Shown here piece after piece: positions 30,149 to 38,783 of a DNA stretch of 64,000 bases (position 1 is the first letter of the stretch; every line of letters starts with the position of its first letter). The notes beneath the pieces were generated by a model that was given only the letters and a program-made list of their open reading frames with translations, was not told the origin of the DNA and did not search any database. A program made the translations under genes and the position numbers. The stretch lies in the IMG/VR virus record IMGVR_UViG_3300023049_000005, positions 124,001 to 188,000 of that record; one strand, written 5' to 3'.

Positions 30149-31403
30149 CGAAATTTTAATTAGTTTAATTTTTGCGTTTATAATATTCGTAATTTTTTTA
30201 ATAATGTCATTCACTAAAAGGGAAGACTATTATTTGGATGATTATACAGAAGATGATCATCCTGATAACGTGCGTTTTATTGAAAAAAATATTGAGGAAA
30301 AAGAAAAGCTTAGGTATGAAACAGAGATAGGAAGTCTTAAAGAAGACTTAGATAAGTTTCAAGCTAAGGAAATCGAGTTTGATCATAAACTTGACGTTTT
30401 ATATAATAAAAACAAAGAACTCAGTGATCAGATATCACAAATGAACAGCGAGAGAGATCAATTAGAAAAGAGAAAATCTGATTTAGAATCTGATATCAAC
30501 AAAGAAAAGGGATTGATCAATAAATTAAATGAAGATTTTGGTGAAATTTCTAAACAAAATAAAAATCTTAAAGAACTAAAGACCAAATTAGTTGAGAATG
30601 TTAAAGATCTCGAAGAGAAAAATAATGAATACATTTCTTCCCTTAATGAGAAAGAGGTAGAGTTATCTAATATAGGGAAAGAATTATCCGATGAAAAAAT
30701 CAAATTGAATGATAATGTATCAGAGTTATCTGAGGTTAATTCAAAACTAGGAGAATATAAAGAAGAACTAGATAAAGTAACCGAAGAAAAAGAAGAACTA
30801 TCTATTGAATTAGAAAACCATCTTTTAGTAGAAGAGGGATTGAATAAAGATATAACTAATGTAAAGAATAAATTAAAAGAGCTTGATAATATTAAAGAAG
30901 AAAATAAGAACTTATTAAAATCTAAAGAAAAATTATCTACATTAACTAAGGATTTTGATAAAGAAGTTAAATTAAGATATAAAACTGAGAAAGAATTAGA
31001 AACAGCAATAGATGATAGGAATCACTTTTCTAAACTAATTGATAAAAAAGAAAACGTCATAAGAAAGCTTAACGATAAGATTGCAGAGTTATCAGAAAAA
31101 GAAACATATGTGTTTGAGGGCATAGATGATTTGGGTGTATTCAAAGATGTATATTCTCTTGAACCTTCAGGTAATATGCCAAAAGAATTAATTAAGAAGA
31201 TACAAGATATAAATGAACAATTAGATTCTGATCAATTTGCTTATTATGTAATCAATACTATGAACAATGTAGTAAATGTTAATATCAAAAACATTACCGA
31301 GATTGAAAAATACGTAGAATTACTTAACCAAGAATCTACAAGAGGTAAATATAAAGTGTTTCTAATATTAAGAAATAAAGTTTACCAAAGTACTATACAC
31401 TAA
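30138..31403 (+). CDS. Membrane-anchored long coiled-coil protein
   Basis: N-terminal TM helix then about 270 aa of E/K/L heptads. Confidence 0.7.
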   Translation: MISNEILISLIFAFIIFVIFLIMSFTKREDYYLDDYTEDDHPDNVRFIEKNIEEKEKLRYETEIGSLKEDLDKFQAKEIEFDHKLDVLYNKNKELSDQISQMNSERDQLEKRKSDLESDINKEKGLINKLNEDFGEISKQNKNLKELKTKLVENVKDLEEKNNEYISSLNEKEVELSNIGKELSDEKIKLNDNVSELSEVNSKLGEYKEELDKVTEEKEELSIELENHLLVEEGLNKDITNVKNKLKELDNIKEENKNLLKSKEKLSTLTKDFDKEVKLRYKTEKELETAIDDRNHFSKLIDKKENVIRKLNDKIAELSEKETYVFEGIDDLGVFKDVYSLEPSGNMPKELIKKIQDINEQLDSDQFAYYVINTMNNVVNVNIKNITEIEKYVELLNQESTRGKYKVFLILRNKVYQSTIH

Positions 31404-31714
31404 TGATAAAGGTAATTTATAATATGGAATTTTATGATACGATAGAAGTCGTATATGAATTTGATACTTTTGAAGATTGCTCTAAGTTTTTCAAAGAAAA
31501 ATATAATACTGATATATTAGATATAGCCAAAAGTGTTGTAGTAGTACAATCACATATAGATGGTTTAAAGGATCATAATGAGTTAACAAATTGTATGTTA
31601 ACAATCATAAATTTAGAAAGGTACTTAGATCCAAATTTTGTAAAGTTTGGTAGCTATCCATCGGATGTTAATTACTTACTAAGAGAATATAAGATAAATT
31701 CTATCCTAGATTAA
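31403..31714 (+). CDS. Hypothetical protein with C-terminal REYKINSILD motif
   Basis: 103-aa ORF. Confidence 0.7.
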   Translation: MIKVIYNMEFYDTIEVVYEFDTFEDCSKFFKEKYNTDILDIAKSVVVVQSHIDGLKDHNELTNCMLTIINLERYLDPNFVKFGSYPSDVNYLLREYKINSILD

Positions 31715-32244
31715 GGTTTCAGAATATGGTCTGTTATTTCTAATAAGTCTGTTACAGGTACATATGATATTGAATCTTTGTTTCCTGATCTTTTATATAA
31801 TTCATATGGCTGACTTACATAACTCCTGTTTATTTTCCCTTTTGTTTTTTCTTCCATTAAAACTACTAGTTTTTTTCTATCCACAAATATCCATCCCTTA
31901 TGTGTTTCGAAAACAATATAATTGGCTTTGCCATATATCCATCCCTTTTTTCCTGTAATTCCTATAAATTCGATCCAATGGATATCGGGGTTTACATCAT
32001 TATCAGATTTCTTTAGCTTTTTGATCCCCTTAACATCTATTCTATAAGCATTTGCTCCACTAGAAAGTGGTTTTAGATCAAATTTGTTCTCTATGTCTAT
32101 AAACGCATAATCCCAATGTTCATATTTATCTTGATAGTCATCGGATTTTAGGGTCTTACAACCATTCTTTTTTAATAACATAGCAAGTTCTGTTTCTTTT
32201 CTCTTGCCTTCATCGAAGTCTTCTTTATATATTGCTGTAATCAT
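31711..32244 (-). CDS. PD-(D/E)XK nuclease-like protein
   Basis: 'G...E', 'HWD', 'IDVKG' spacing. Confidence 0.6.
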   Translation of the reverse strand: MITAIYKEDFDEGKRKETELAMLLKKNGCKTLKSDDYQDKYEHWDYAFIDIENKFDLKPLSSGANAYRIDVKGIKKLKKSDNDVNPDIHWIEFIGITGKKGWIYGKANYIVFETHKGWIFVDRKKLVVLMEEKTKGKINRSYVSQPYELYKRSGNKDSISYVPVTDLLEITDHILKP

Positions 32245-32280
32245 ACTAATTATATAATATTTTATGATTAAGTTTGTAAT

Positions 32281-32652
32281 ATGATATTTGTTTTTAAATC
32301 AGACACAAAAATGGTTAACCACCCAAGACAGGTAGAAGATAGAGAAGTCGAACTTCTAATCCATTTTGAAACAGGTGCGGAATATCTTTCATATATGAAA
32401 GAAAATTTTAATATAGCGGAAGACTTTACAGTACCCGATATAGGTATATGTGGTATGCAGATACAAGATGCTGAGAATGGGATATTAAAGGATAAAAATG
32501 GTGATTATCCCGAAGACGCTATAGTAGTAAACACTGAATTTGAGATAAGAAGGGAAGATCCTATATATGATAGTTTCTATAAACCATTCGTAGATTATAT
32601 TACTATATACAACAGAGATAAATCAATAGACAATTTATTAGACAATGACTAA
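32281..32652 (+). CDS. Hypothetical protein with C-terminal RDKSIDNLLD motif
   Basis: 123-aa ORF. Confidence 0.7.
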   Translation: MIFVFKSDTKMVNHPRQVEDREVELLIHFETGAEYLSYMKENFNIAEDFTVPDIGICGMQIQDAENGILKDKNGDYPEDAIVVNTEFEIRREDPIYDSFYKPFVDYITIYNRDKSIDNLLDND

Positions 32653-33346
32653 CAAAATAGAATTCCAAGTGTTTGGATCTAGTTCATCACAGGATCTAGA
32701 TTGTATGTGTTTCGTTGAACGCATCCCTTCTATTAAAGAGTCACATGAACTGTGTGAAAGATATGCTGAATATATCCAAGAAGTAACACAAACAGATAAA
32801 GAAATCAACACTAATATCTGTGTGGTGAAGGATAGAAGGGTAGTAGATACGTTTAAGGGAACTGCTGATGAAGTAAATAACTCCTTATATTTAACTAGAG
32901 ATCTTCATAGACAATATAATAGAAGTCCTATTGAGCGTTTAGTTGAAAGAGATGTAGAGCTTAAGATATTAAGAACAGCAAGAGTTCTTTTGTCTTTTTG
33001 GTCAAGATCAAAACATCGCCCTCTTGTTAAGAAAGCATTGAAGGGCGATATTTATGAAAAGATAGAAGCTATATCATCTATTGATATTACTGAGATAGAT
33101 TTCAATAAAAATATTAATCAGAAGGACTATCTTAAAACATTAGCTTTTCAACTAGGTCAAACAATCGGTCTAATAGAAGGAAAGGCATTCTATACTAAAG
33201 AAGGAATGTTGTCTCGCTTTTATGATCTTGAAAAATATTTAATGAGGGAAGAAGTAAATAGTTTATCTATTTTAGAGAATTATAAAAAAGAATTTATATC
33301 ATTGATAAAGGATAGAGATTTTAAAATCACAAGAGAACCAACATAA
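32645..33346 (+). CDS. Pol-beta superfamily nucleotidyltransferase-like protein
   Basis: N-terminal hGS..DxD motif 'VFGSSSSQDLD'. Confidence 0.5.
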   Translation: MTNKIEFQVFGSSSSQDLDCMCFVERIPSIKESHELCERYAEYIQEVTQTDKEINTNICVVKDRRVVDTFKGTADEVNNSLYLTRDLHRQYNRSPIERLVERDVELKILRTARVLLSFWSRSKHRPLVKKALKGDIYEKIEAISSIDITEIDFNKNINQKDYLKTLAFQLGQTIGLIEGKAFYTKEGMLSRFYDLEKYLMREEVNSLSILENYKKEFISLIKDRDFKITREPT

Positions 33347-33356
33347 TATATAAGCA

Positions 33357-33770
33357 ATGAAGCATATTAGATCAAGTAAGGTCAAGAAATTATTCAAGAC
33401 TGTAAAAAAGTATATTGAAGTATCTGATAATGCAGATAATCCAATATCTGAATATAGTAACGACAACGAGGATGTTCGAAACACTTTAATTAATCACATT
33501 ACTCAGGCAGAATTAGAAGACAGATATTTAGATAAATATAAAGAGGCAGAAGAAGACCTGTTAATTATCGATGAATTTTTGGATCTTGTTGATTTAGATA
33601 AATTAGAATCAGACAAGGAACAAGAAGTACTTCGAGTATATAATACATTAAGAGAAAAAAAGAATAGTATCCGAAATAAGAAACTACTAGCTAACATTGT
33701 TTTGGACATGAAATATACGTTCAGAGGTATATATCAATACAACAATGATCTAAAATCTTTGAAATTATAG
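33357..33770 (+). CDS. Hypothetical protein
   Basis: 137-aa ORF. Confidence 0.7.
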   Translation: MKHIRSSKVKKLFKTVKKYIEVSDNADNPISEYSNDNEDVRNTLINHITQAELEDRYLDKYKEAEEDLLIIDEFLDLVDLDKLESDKEQEVLRVYNTLREKKNSIRNKKLLANIVLDMKYTFRGIYQYNNDLKSLKL

Positions 33771-33823
33771 TAAACATTTTTCTTTTATAGACTATAAGGA
33801 ATAGAATTTTTTATATATAACCC

Positions 33824-33880
33824 ATGAAAACCTTAAACATAAGTACATTATTAAATAATTTATTATTACTTTTACGGTGA
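33824..33880 (+). CDS. Leu(UUA)-rich attenuator leader peptide MKTLNISTLLNNLLLLLR
   Basis: 18 codons, 8 Leu of which 7 are TTA; immediately followed by an antiterminator/terminator and tRNA-Leu(TAA). Confidence 0.8.
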   Translation: MKTLNISTLLNNLLLLLR

Positions 33881-33881
33881 T

Positions 33882-33946
33882 AAGAATTAGGATATGCACT
33901 TATGTGAAAACTAAACCTAATTCTTTAAAACGATTAGGTTTTTTTT
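33882..33946 (+). promoter_or_regulatory. Transcription attenuator (antiterminator/terminator) of tRNA-Leu(UAA)
   Basis: aagaattagg 33882-33891 is the perfect complement of cctaattctt 33916-33925, which overlaps the terminator 5' arm aaacctaatt 33913-33922 (3' arm gattaggttt 33932-33941, T8 run). Confidence 0.8.
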
Positions 33947-33958
33947 GTGTCTAAAAAT

Positions 33959-34043
33959 GGCTGAGTGGTGGAATTGGTAGACACGTTGGACTTAAAATCC
34001 AATGGGCATTGCGCCCGTGCGGGTTCGACTCCCGCCTCAGCTA
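33959..34043 (+). tRNA. tRNA-Leu (TAA)
   Basis: GGCTGAG/CTCAGCT acceptor, TTGGA-CT TAA AA-TCCAA, long variable arm, GGTTCGA T-loop; no encoded CCA. Confidence 0.95.
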
Positions 34044-34048
34044 CAAAT

Positions 34049-34080
34049 AAAAAAACTAAGACTACCCTTAGTTTTTTTTT
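34049..34080 (+). terminator. Putative terminator after tRNA-Leu
   Basis: aaaaaactaag-actacc-cttagtttttttt (AT-rich, weak stem). Confidence 0.6.
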
Positions 34081-34095
34081 AATAATATTAAAAAA

Positions 34096-34800
34096 ATGAA
34101 ACTAGTTAATAAAAATTACGAATTTGAAGATTTTTTAGCTATCGGTTATGATACAGTAGCTAACTGTAACCACGAGTGTGAGGAGTATGGTATATGTAGA
34201 TGTACTATTAAAAATAATGTTTGTTTTGATAAGTTTAATGATCTAGAATTAAAGGATCACATATTAGATTTATTATGTAAAGATCTTTCTAAAGAAGAGA
34301 AGAGAAATGTTTTTATTGATGATTTACTATGTAATGGAGTTAGTCAGATAAGAGAGTATTTTATCGATAGAGTATTGAAGATAAACAATTGTTATGATCC
34401 TGAAAATTGGGAGATAGAAGTTAGTGGGGGCTATTATGGAGAAGAAATTCATGGTGTTTATTTAAGTATATTAGATAGAGTAAATAGTGATTTAGGACAA
34501 TATACAGGAGATATTAATAAAGATATACCTTTCTTATTGGAGAGAGAGTATGGTGGGCTAAATCATAGGTTAGTAGGAAAAAAATGGAAGGAAGGTATTG
34601 TTAAAATGGATGATATAATTTTTCCACAAACCCAACATTATAATAAAGTAGATGGTAATCTTTATTATTATAAAGATGAATATTACCCATTCCCAAGAGG
34701 TGTGGTTTTGCAAGATGAAAAAAAATATAAAGTGATCGATGGGTATCACAGATTAAAAAATACAAACCAATCCAATGTAATTGTGTATATTTGTTATTAA
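34096..34800 (+). CDS. Protein with C-terminal ParB/Srx-like motif
   Basis: 'YKVIDGYHRL'; N-terminal Cys cluster. Confidence 0.55.
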   Translation: MKLVNKNYEFEDFLAIGYDTVANCNHECEEYGICRCTIKNNVCFDKFNDLELKDHILDLLCKDLSKEEKRNVFIDDLLCNGVSQIREYFIDRVLKINNCYDPENWEIEVSGGYYGEEIHGVYLSILDRVNSDLGQYTGDINKDIPFLLEREYGGLNHRLVGKKWKEGIVKMDDIIFPQTQHYNKVDGNLYYYKDEYYPFPRGVVLQDEKKYKVIDGYHRLKNTNQSNVIVYICY

Positions 34801-34801
34801 T

Positions 34802-34990
34802 ATGAAATTTGAATTAGATAAACATCAGTTAAAAGAAATTGATCAATGGAAACAAAAGATCAAAGAGAAACACGGTAAATATGGTCATTTCGATTATATT
34901 TTTACACCCTTTGGTGCAGGAACAGGTGTTAAAATTTATAGCCACTTAGAGAAAGAATATCTAGATGTAAGTGATACACAAGATTGGTAA
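34802..34990 (+). CDS. Hypothetical small protein
   Basis: MKFELD...YIFTPFGAG...LDVSDTQDW. Confidence 0.65.
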   Translation: MKFELDKHQLKEIDQWKQKIKEKHGKYGHFDYIFTPFGAGTGVKIYSHLEKEYLDVSDTQDW

Positions 34991-34991
34991 T

Positions 34992-36275
34992 ATGTATAAA
35001 GGCGAAGATAAATATATTTTGGTAATGTTGCCCTATCCTAGTGGTAGTGGATTACATGTTGGTCATTCCTATTGTTATGCTTTAATGGATAGTTACTGCA
35101 GATGGAAAAGGTATATGGGGGAATCTGTGTTCCAACCATTTGGTTATGATAGTTTTGGGTTGCCTGCTGAATTATATGCTGACAAAGTAGGTAGAGATCC
35201 AAAAGAAGTCACACAAGAAAACATAGAGAACTTTAGGAAACAGATGGATCATATGAATACCATGTTTGAGGAAAAATTGATCACATCCGATCCTTCTTAT
35301 CAAAAATGGAGTCAGTTCATATTCGATGTCATGAAAAAAAGTGGATTGGCTTATAAAAAATTTGGGGAAACTAGTTATTGTCCAAGTTGTAAAACTACAT
35401 TGGCGAATGCTCAAATAATAGATGATTATTGTGAACGTTGTTCCTCTAAAATAGAACAGACTGAATCAGAACAATGGTACTTTAAAATCACTGATTATAT
35501 CGATAGATTGGAAAAGAACTTAGATGAAATTGATTACCCATCTAAGACCATTAAGCAACAAAGACATTGGTTGCAGAATATGAGAGAGAATAATATCGAT
35601 TGGTGTGTTTCTAGACAAAGGAAATGGGGCTGTCCTATTCCGATTGAGGGGGAAGAAGATACCTTGGATACATTTGTTGATAGTAGTTTCTACTTCATTA
35701 GATATTGTGATCCTGATAATACAGAAGAAATTTGTAGTAAAGAAAACTTTAAACAAGTTGATTTATGTATAGGTGGTAACGAACATGCTTGCGCACATTT
35801 GGTATATGCTAGATTCATGATGATGGTATTATATGATAATGGTTATGTACCTGTTGAAGAACCCTTTAAGAAAGTTGTCCATAATGGGATGATTACTAAG
35901 GATGGTTATAAGATGTCTAAATCTAAAGGTAATGTTGTTGATCCAAATGATTATGACCCAAATGAATTGAGAATGTACTTGATGTTTATCGGTCCTTACA
36001 CACAGGGTGGTGATTGGGAAGATAGCAAGATCAAAGGCATCAGAAGGTTTATTGGTAGATGGGATAGATGGATGGAAACTGCCGAAGAAAACGGAGAAGG
36101 ATTAAATGATATTAATGAATTGGAAGAAACTATTGATGATTATATGAATAGTTGGAAATTCAATAAAGTTATTTCCTCATTGATGGAATACTATAATAAG
36201 AACAAGAACAATACTATTAGTACTGATAGTAAAGAGAAGTTGAATAAGATATATAATTGTTTTAAAACAAAGTAA
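34992..36275 (+). CDS. leuS: Minimal leucyl-tRNA synthetase (no CP1 editing domain)
   Basis: MLPYPSGSGLHVGH (HIGH), GYDSFGLPAE, Zn knuckle, QWYFKITDY, DWCVSRQRKWGCPIP, DTLDTFVDSS, GGNEHA..HL.YARF, KMSKS; about 427 aa from ATG 34992. Confidence 0.9.
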   Translation: MYKGEDKYILVMLPYPSGSGLHVGHSYCYALMDSYCRWKRYMGESVFQPFGYDSFGLPAELYADKVGRDPKEVTQENIENFRKQMDHMNTMFEEKLITSDPSYQKWSQFIFDVMKKSGLAYKKFGETSYCPSCKTTLANAQIIDDYCERCSSKIEQTESEQWYFKITDYIDRLEKNLDEIDYPSKTIKQQRHWLQNMRENNIDWCVSRQRKWGCPIPIEGEEDTLDTFVDSSFYFIRYCDPDNTEEICSKENFKQVDLCIGGNEHACAHLVYARFMMMVLYDNGYVPVEEPFKKVVHNGMITKDGYKMSKSKGNVVDPNDYDPNELRMYLMFIGPYTQGGDWEDSKIKGIRRFIGRWDRWMETAEENGEGLNDINELEETIDDYMNSWKFNKVISSLMEYYNKNKNNTISTDSKEKLNKIYNCFKTK

Positions 36276-36276
36276 T

Positions 36277-37206
36277 ATGAAAGAATATATTTTCGAAAAA
36301 GGGAAAAGGGTATATAAGTTAACCGATGAGGGTATCTTATATAATAAACTTAAAGTTAATCCGATAAAGAGAATAAATCGCTTCAAGAAAGTAAAGATAC
36401 CGAAGGTGAATCCTCATCAAATTGTTATCGGTGGTGGATCTTATAACAGGAAAGTGTTTTATTATGAATTATACCACGACACCAAATTAAAAGAAGGTGA
36501 AACAGTTAGATTCAAAAACAAAATAGGAGATTACTCTAAGTCTAACCTTTTACTTAAAATGATATCAGAAAATGATCCTCCTTATTTTAGAAATATAGAT
36601 AAAAAAATATACCACTATAACTACAAGAATATTTTAATAGGAATATATGACAGTCAATATAAAGCTAGTCTTGGAACAGGTATAAACCAATCTTGTATTT
36701 CACAACGTCTACGAGGTAAAATAAATACATCTAGGTTTGTGGATTATTCATATATGGTATATGATGGCGACGAATTATTAGACAGATATAGTGATTATAA
36801 CCAATCGGGCATAAACACTGTTGTCCAAATGGACTTAGATGGTAACGTGTTGAATAAATTTGGCAATGCAAAGGATGCCGCAGACATTTTCGAGTTAGGA
36901 ACGTGTGCAGAATCACATATTGTGAAATGTTGTAGGAAAAAGAGAGAAAAGGCTTATGGGTATAGGTGGTCATATTCTTGCGATTACAGAAAGAGAATGA
37001 AGAAAATGGTAGTTAAGTATAACAAAGATGGAGATCCTATTGCTATTTATAAGAATAGACAAGATGCTGTCAAGAATATGCCTATACTCAAATCATATTT
37101 ATCTTTAGTAATAAACGGTAAAATCAACCCTAAAAAATTTAGCATCAAAGAAGTTAGTTATGATGCGGGATTAAGTATAAGAAACAAATTGGTTGAGGAA
37201 GTTTAA
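36277..37206 (+). CDS. NUMOD1/IENR1-repeat protein, degenerate HNH homing-endonuclease-like
   Basis: Three 'V.QY..DG..I..F.S..DA' type repeats; HNH-like region lacks the His/Asn residues. Confidence 0.6.
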   Translation: MKEYIFEKGKRVYKLTDEGILYNKLKVNPIKRINRFKKVKIPKVNPHQIVIGGGSYNRKVFYYELYHDTKLKEGETVRFKNKIGDYSKSNLLLKMISENDPPYFRNIDKKIYHYNYKNILIGIYDSQYKASLGTGINQSCISQRLRGKINTSRFVDYSYMVYDGDELLDRYSDYNQSGINTVVQMDLDGNVLNKFGNAKDAADIFELGTCAESHIVKCCRKKREKAYGYRWSYSCDYRKRMKKMVVKYNKDGDPIAIYKNRQDAVKNMPILKSYLSLVINGKINPKKFSIKEVSYDAGLSIRNKLVEEV

Positions 37207-37216
37207 TATATACTCT

Positions 37217-37696
37217 ATGAAGTATATTAAAGAACAGAACGAATTTGTTTTAGAAAATAAGATAACCGACTTTTTTAAGAAGTTTAATATTAGTAAGATC
37301 AAAGAAGATTTGAAAGAAAAATTAGACATAGAAGAAAGCGATTCTAAGAAAGAGATCTTCATTAAATTAACAAAGAACTTACATGATAAGTCATTTGAAT
37401 TTATAGCAAATCATCTTTCTACGATAGTTGGTGGTGCTTTGGGAGCATTGTTAGGCGATTTGATTTCTTATATCTTAACTATATTTGCAGATATAAATAC
37501 TGTTGAACAATTGTTATTAATGTTAGCAGGTATGATATTTATGTTATATCGATCTAAAACAGGTATTGATAAATATGGATTAGGTCTTAGGTCTTTTACT
37601 AAGGATGAACCAATTAAGAGTCCTGACTACGATGAACTTTCGGACAAAGATGAAATAAGCGGAGTTCATTTCATTTCTAAATTTGGGAAAGAATAA
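37217..37696 (+). CDS. Hypothetical protein with hydrophobic segments, possible internal virion protein
   Basis: Start MKYIKEQNEFVLE just after a TAATATATA late-type box. Confidence 0.65.
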   Translation: MKYIKEQNEFVLENKITDFFKKFNISKIKEDLKEKLDIEESDSKKEIFIKLTKNLHDKSFEFIANHLSTIVGGALGALLGDLISYILTIFADINTVEQLLLMLAGMIFMLYRSKTGIDKYGLGLRSFTKDEPIKSPDYDELSDKDEISGVHFISKFGKE

Positions 37697-37729
37697 ATAA
37701 ACTTTAATTCCTTTCCACATATAATAATT

Positions 37730-37939
37730 ATGAAAATAAAAGGTTATACGTATAGTAAAGATGATGGGTCTTTCTATATCAGAGGACATGAAGATACAAT
37801 GGAGGTTCTGATCAGAAACGACAAGGGCGAAACAAGTAAGCTAGAAATACCCTCTAATGACTTTAATAACATTGTACGAGAAGTCAATTCTCAGATCATA
37901 GAAAAAGAAAGAGAAAATAAAATCAAAAAAAACTTGTAG
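37730..37939 (+). CDS. Hypothetical protein
   Basis: 69 aa, ends ERENKIKKNL. Confidence 0.65.
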   Translation: MKIKGYTYSKDDGSFYIRGHEDTMEVLIRNDKGETSKLEIPSNDFNNIVREVNSQIIEKERENKIKKNL

Positions 37940-37963
37940 ATTAAATAAACTTTATTATATTTG
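37934..37963 (+). promoter_or_regulatory. Bacteroidota sigma70-type promoter for the tRNA cluster leader
   Basis: TTG (37934-36), 19-nt spacer, TATATTTG (37956-63). Confidence 0.65.
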
Positions 37964-38010
37964 CAAACTATAAGACAAAAAGGAACATAAAAACTTTTAT
38001 ATATACTGAA

Positions 38011-38112
38011 ATGAAAAACTTAAATTTAAATATTAATCTGAATAATCTTAACACGTGTGTCATGAACATTACCGTGAATAGGAATGTTGGGTCAAAATTT
38101 AAAGTAAAGTAA
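38011..38112 (+). CDS. Multivalent attenuator leader peptide MKNLNLNINLNNLNTCVMNITVNRNVGSKFKVK
   Basis: 33 codons, 10 Asn; residues 3-23 are exclusively N/L/I/T/C/V/M. Confidence 0.8.
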   Translation: MKNLNLNINLNNLNTCVMNITVNRNVGSKFKVK

Positions 38113-38168
38113 AGTAATTTTACACTAAGAAATTTTTAAAACCCAACTTCAAAAGAGTTGGGTTTTTT
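38086..38168 (+). promoter_or_regulatory. Transcription attenuator of the tRNA cluster
   Basis: gttgggt 38086-92 (+aaaattt 38094-100) pairs with acccaac 38141-47 (+aaatttt 38130-36), competing with terminator aaaacccaactt 38138-49 / gagttgggtttt 38155-66 plus T-run. Confidence 0.8.
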
Positions 38169-38180
38169 GTTTTTATATAT

Positions 38181-38252
38181 GGACTGTTAGCTCAGAGACA
38201 GAGCAGATGGCTGTTAACCATCAGGTCGGGATCTCGGAATTCCCACAGTCCT
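38181..38252 (+). tRNA. tRNA-Asn (GTT), atypical T-arm
   Basis: GGACTGT/ACAGTCC acceptor; GATGG-CT GTT AA-CCATC; T-loop CTCGGAA; U discriminator. Confidence 0.75.
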
Positions 38253-38260
38253 CAAAATAT

Positions 38261-38334
38261 TCCTCAGTAGCTCAGTTGGTTAGAGCGTCTGACTGTTAAT
38301 CAGAATGTCGTTGGTTCGAATCCAACCTGAGGAG
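38261..38334 (+). tRNA. tRNA-Asn (GTT), canonical
   Basis: TCCTCAG/CTGAGGA, TCTGA-CT GTT AA-TCAGA, G73. Confidence 0.95.
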
Positions 38335-38344
38335 CTAGATATTT

Positions 38345-38426
38345 GCCTTCGTGGTGGAATTGATAGACACGCTAGATTTAGAATCTAGTTCCGTGAGGAG
38401 TGCAGGTTCAAGTCCTGTCGGGGGTA
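38345..38426 (+). tRNA. tRNA-Leu (TAG)
   Basis: CTAGA-TT TAG AA-TCTAG, variable arm. Confidence 0.92.
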
Positions 38427-38433
38427 CAAATAT

Positions 38434-38520
38434 TCTTGGGTTGCCGTAGTGGTCGAACGGTCCTGACTGTTAATCAGGTGAGTTAATACTCCATCGTAGG
38501 TTCAAATCCTACCCCAAGAG
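38434..38520 (+). tRNA. tRNA-Asn (GTT) with long variable arm
   Basis: TCTTGGG/CCCAAGA, CCTGA-CT GTT AA-TCAGG, 17-nt variable region. Confidence 0.85.
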
Positions 38521-38523
38521 CAT

Positions 38524-38607
38524 AGAGAAGTGGTGAAATGGGTAAACACAGGAGGATCAAAACCTCTCGCCTTTAGGGGCTTGCGAGTTCGAGTCTCGCC
38601 TTCTCTA
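38524..38607 (+). tRNA. tRNA-Leu (CAA)
   Basis: AGAGAAG/CTTCTCT, GGAGG-AT CAA AA-CCTCT. Confidence 0.88.
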
Positions 38608-38612
38608 CATAT

Positions 38613-38693
38613 TGGTAGGTACTCAGCCCATCCTGATAAGATGGAGAACTGTAATTGGTGTTGAAAATGTGGGTTCAAATCCCACTCTACCAA
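38613..38693 (+). tRNA. D-arm-less tRNA-Ile (GAT)-like RNA
   Basis: TGGTAGG/TCTACCA acceptor, 8-nt D-replacement loop, CCATC-CT GAT AA-GATGG, 24-nt variable region, GTGGG-TTCAAAT-CCCAC. Confidence 0.65.
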
Positions 38694-38698
38694 CATAT

Positions 38699-38773
38699 AG
38701 TCTAGTAGCTCAGTTGGTTTAGAGCGCAACGCTGATACCGTTGAGGTCGTAGGTTCAAGTCCTACCTAGACTA
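38699..38773 (+). tRNA. tRNA-Ile (GAT)
   Basis: AGTCTAG/CTAGACT, CAACG-CT GAT AC-CGTTG. Confidence 0.92.
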
Positions 38774-38783
38774 CAGATAAAAT

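Noticed and set aside
33781-33958. T-box riboswitch as the regulator upstream of tRNA-Leu/LeuRS
   Set aside because: No T-box consensus (UGGNACC) or long stem I; the leader-peptide attenuator explains the structure better.
38502-38729. 75-aa minus-strand ORF in the ORF track
   Set aside because: Antisense to tRNA genes; shadow ORF.
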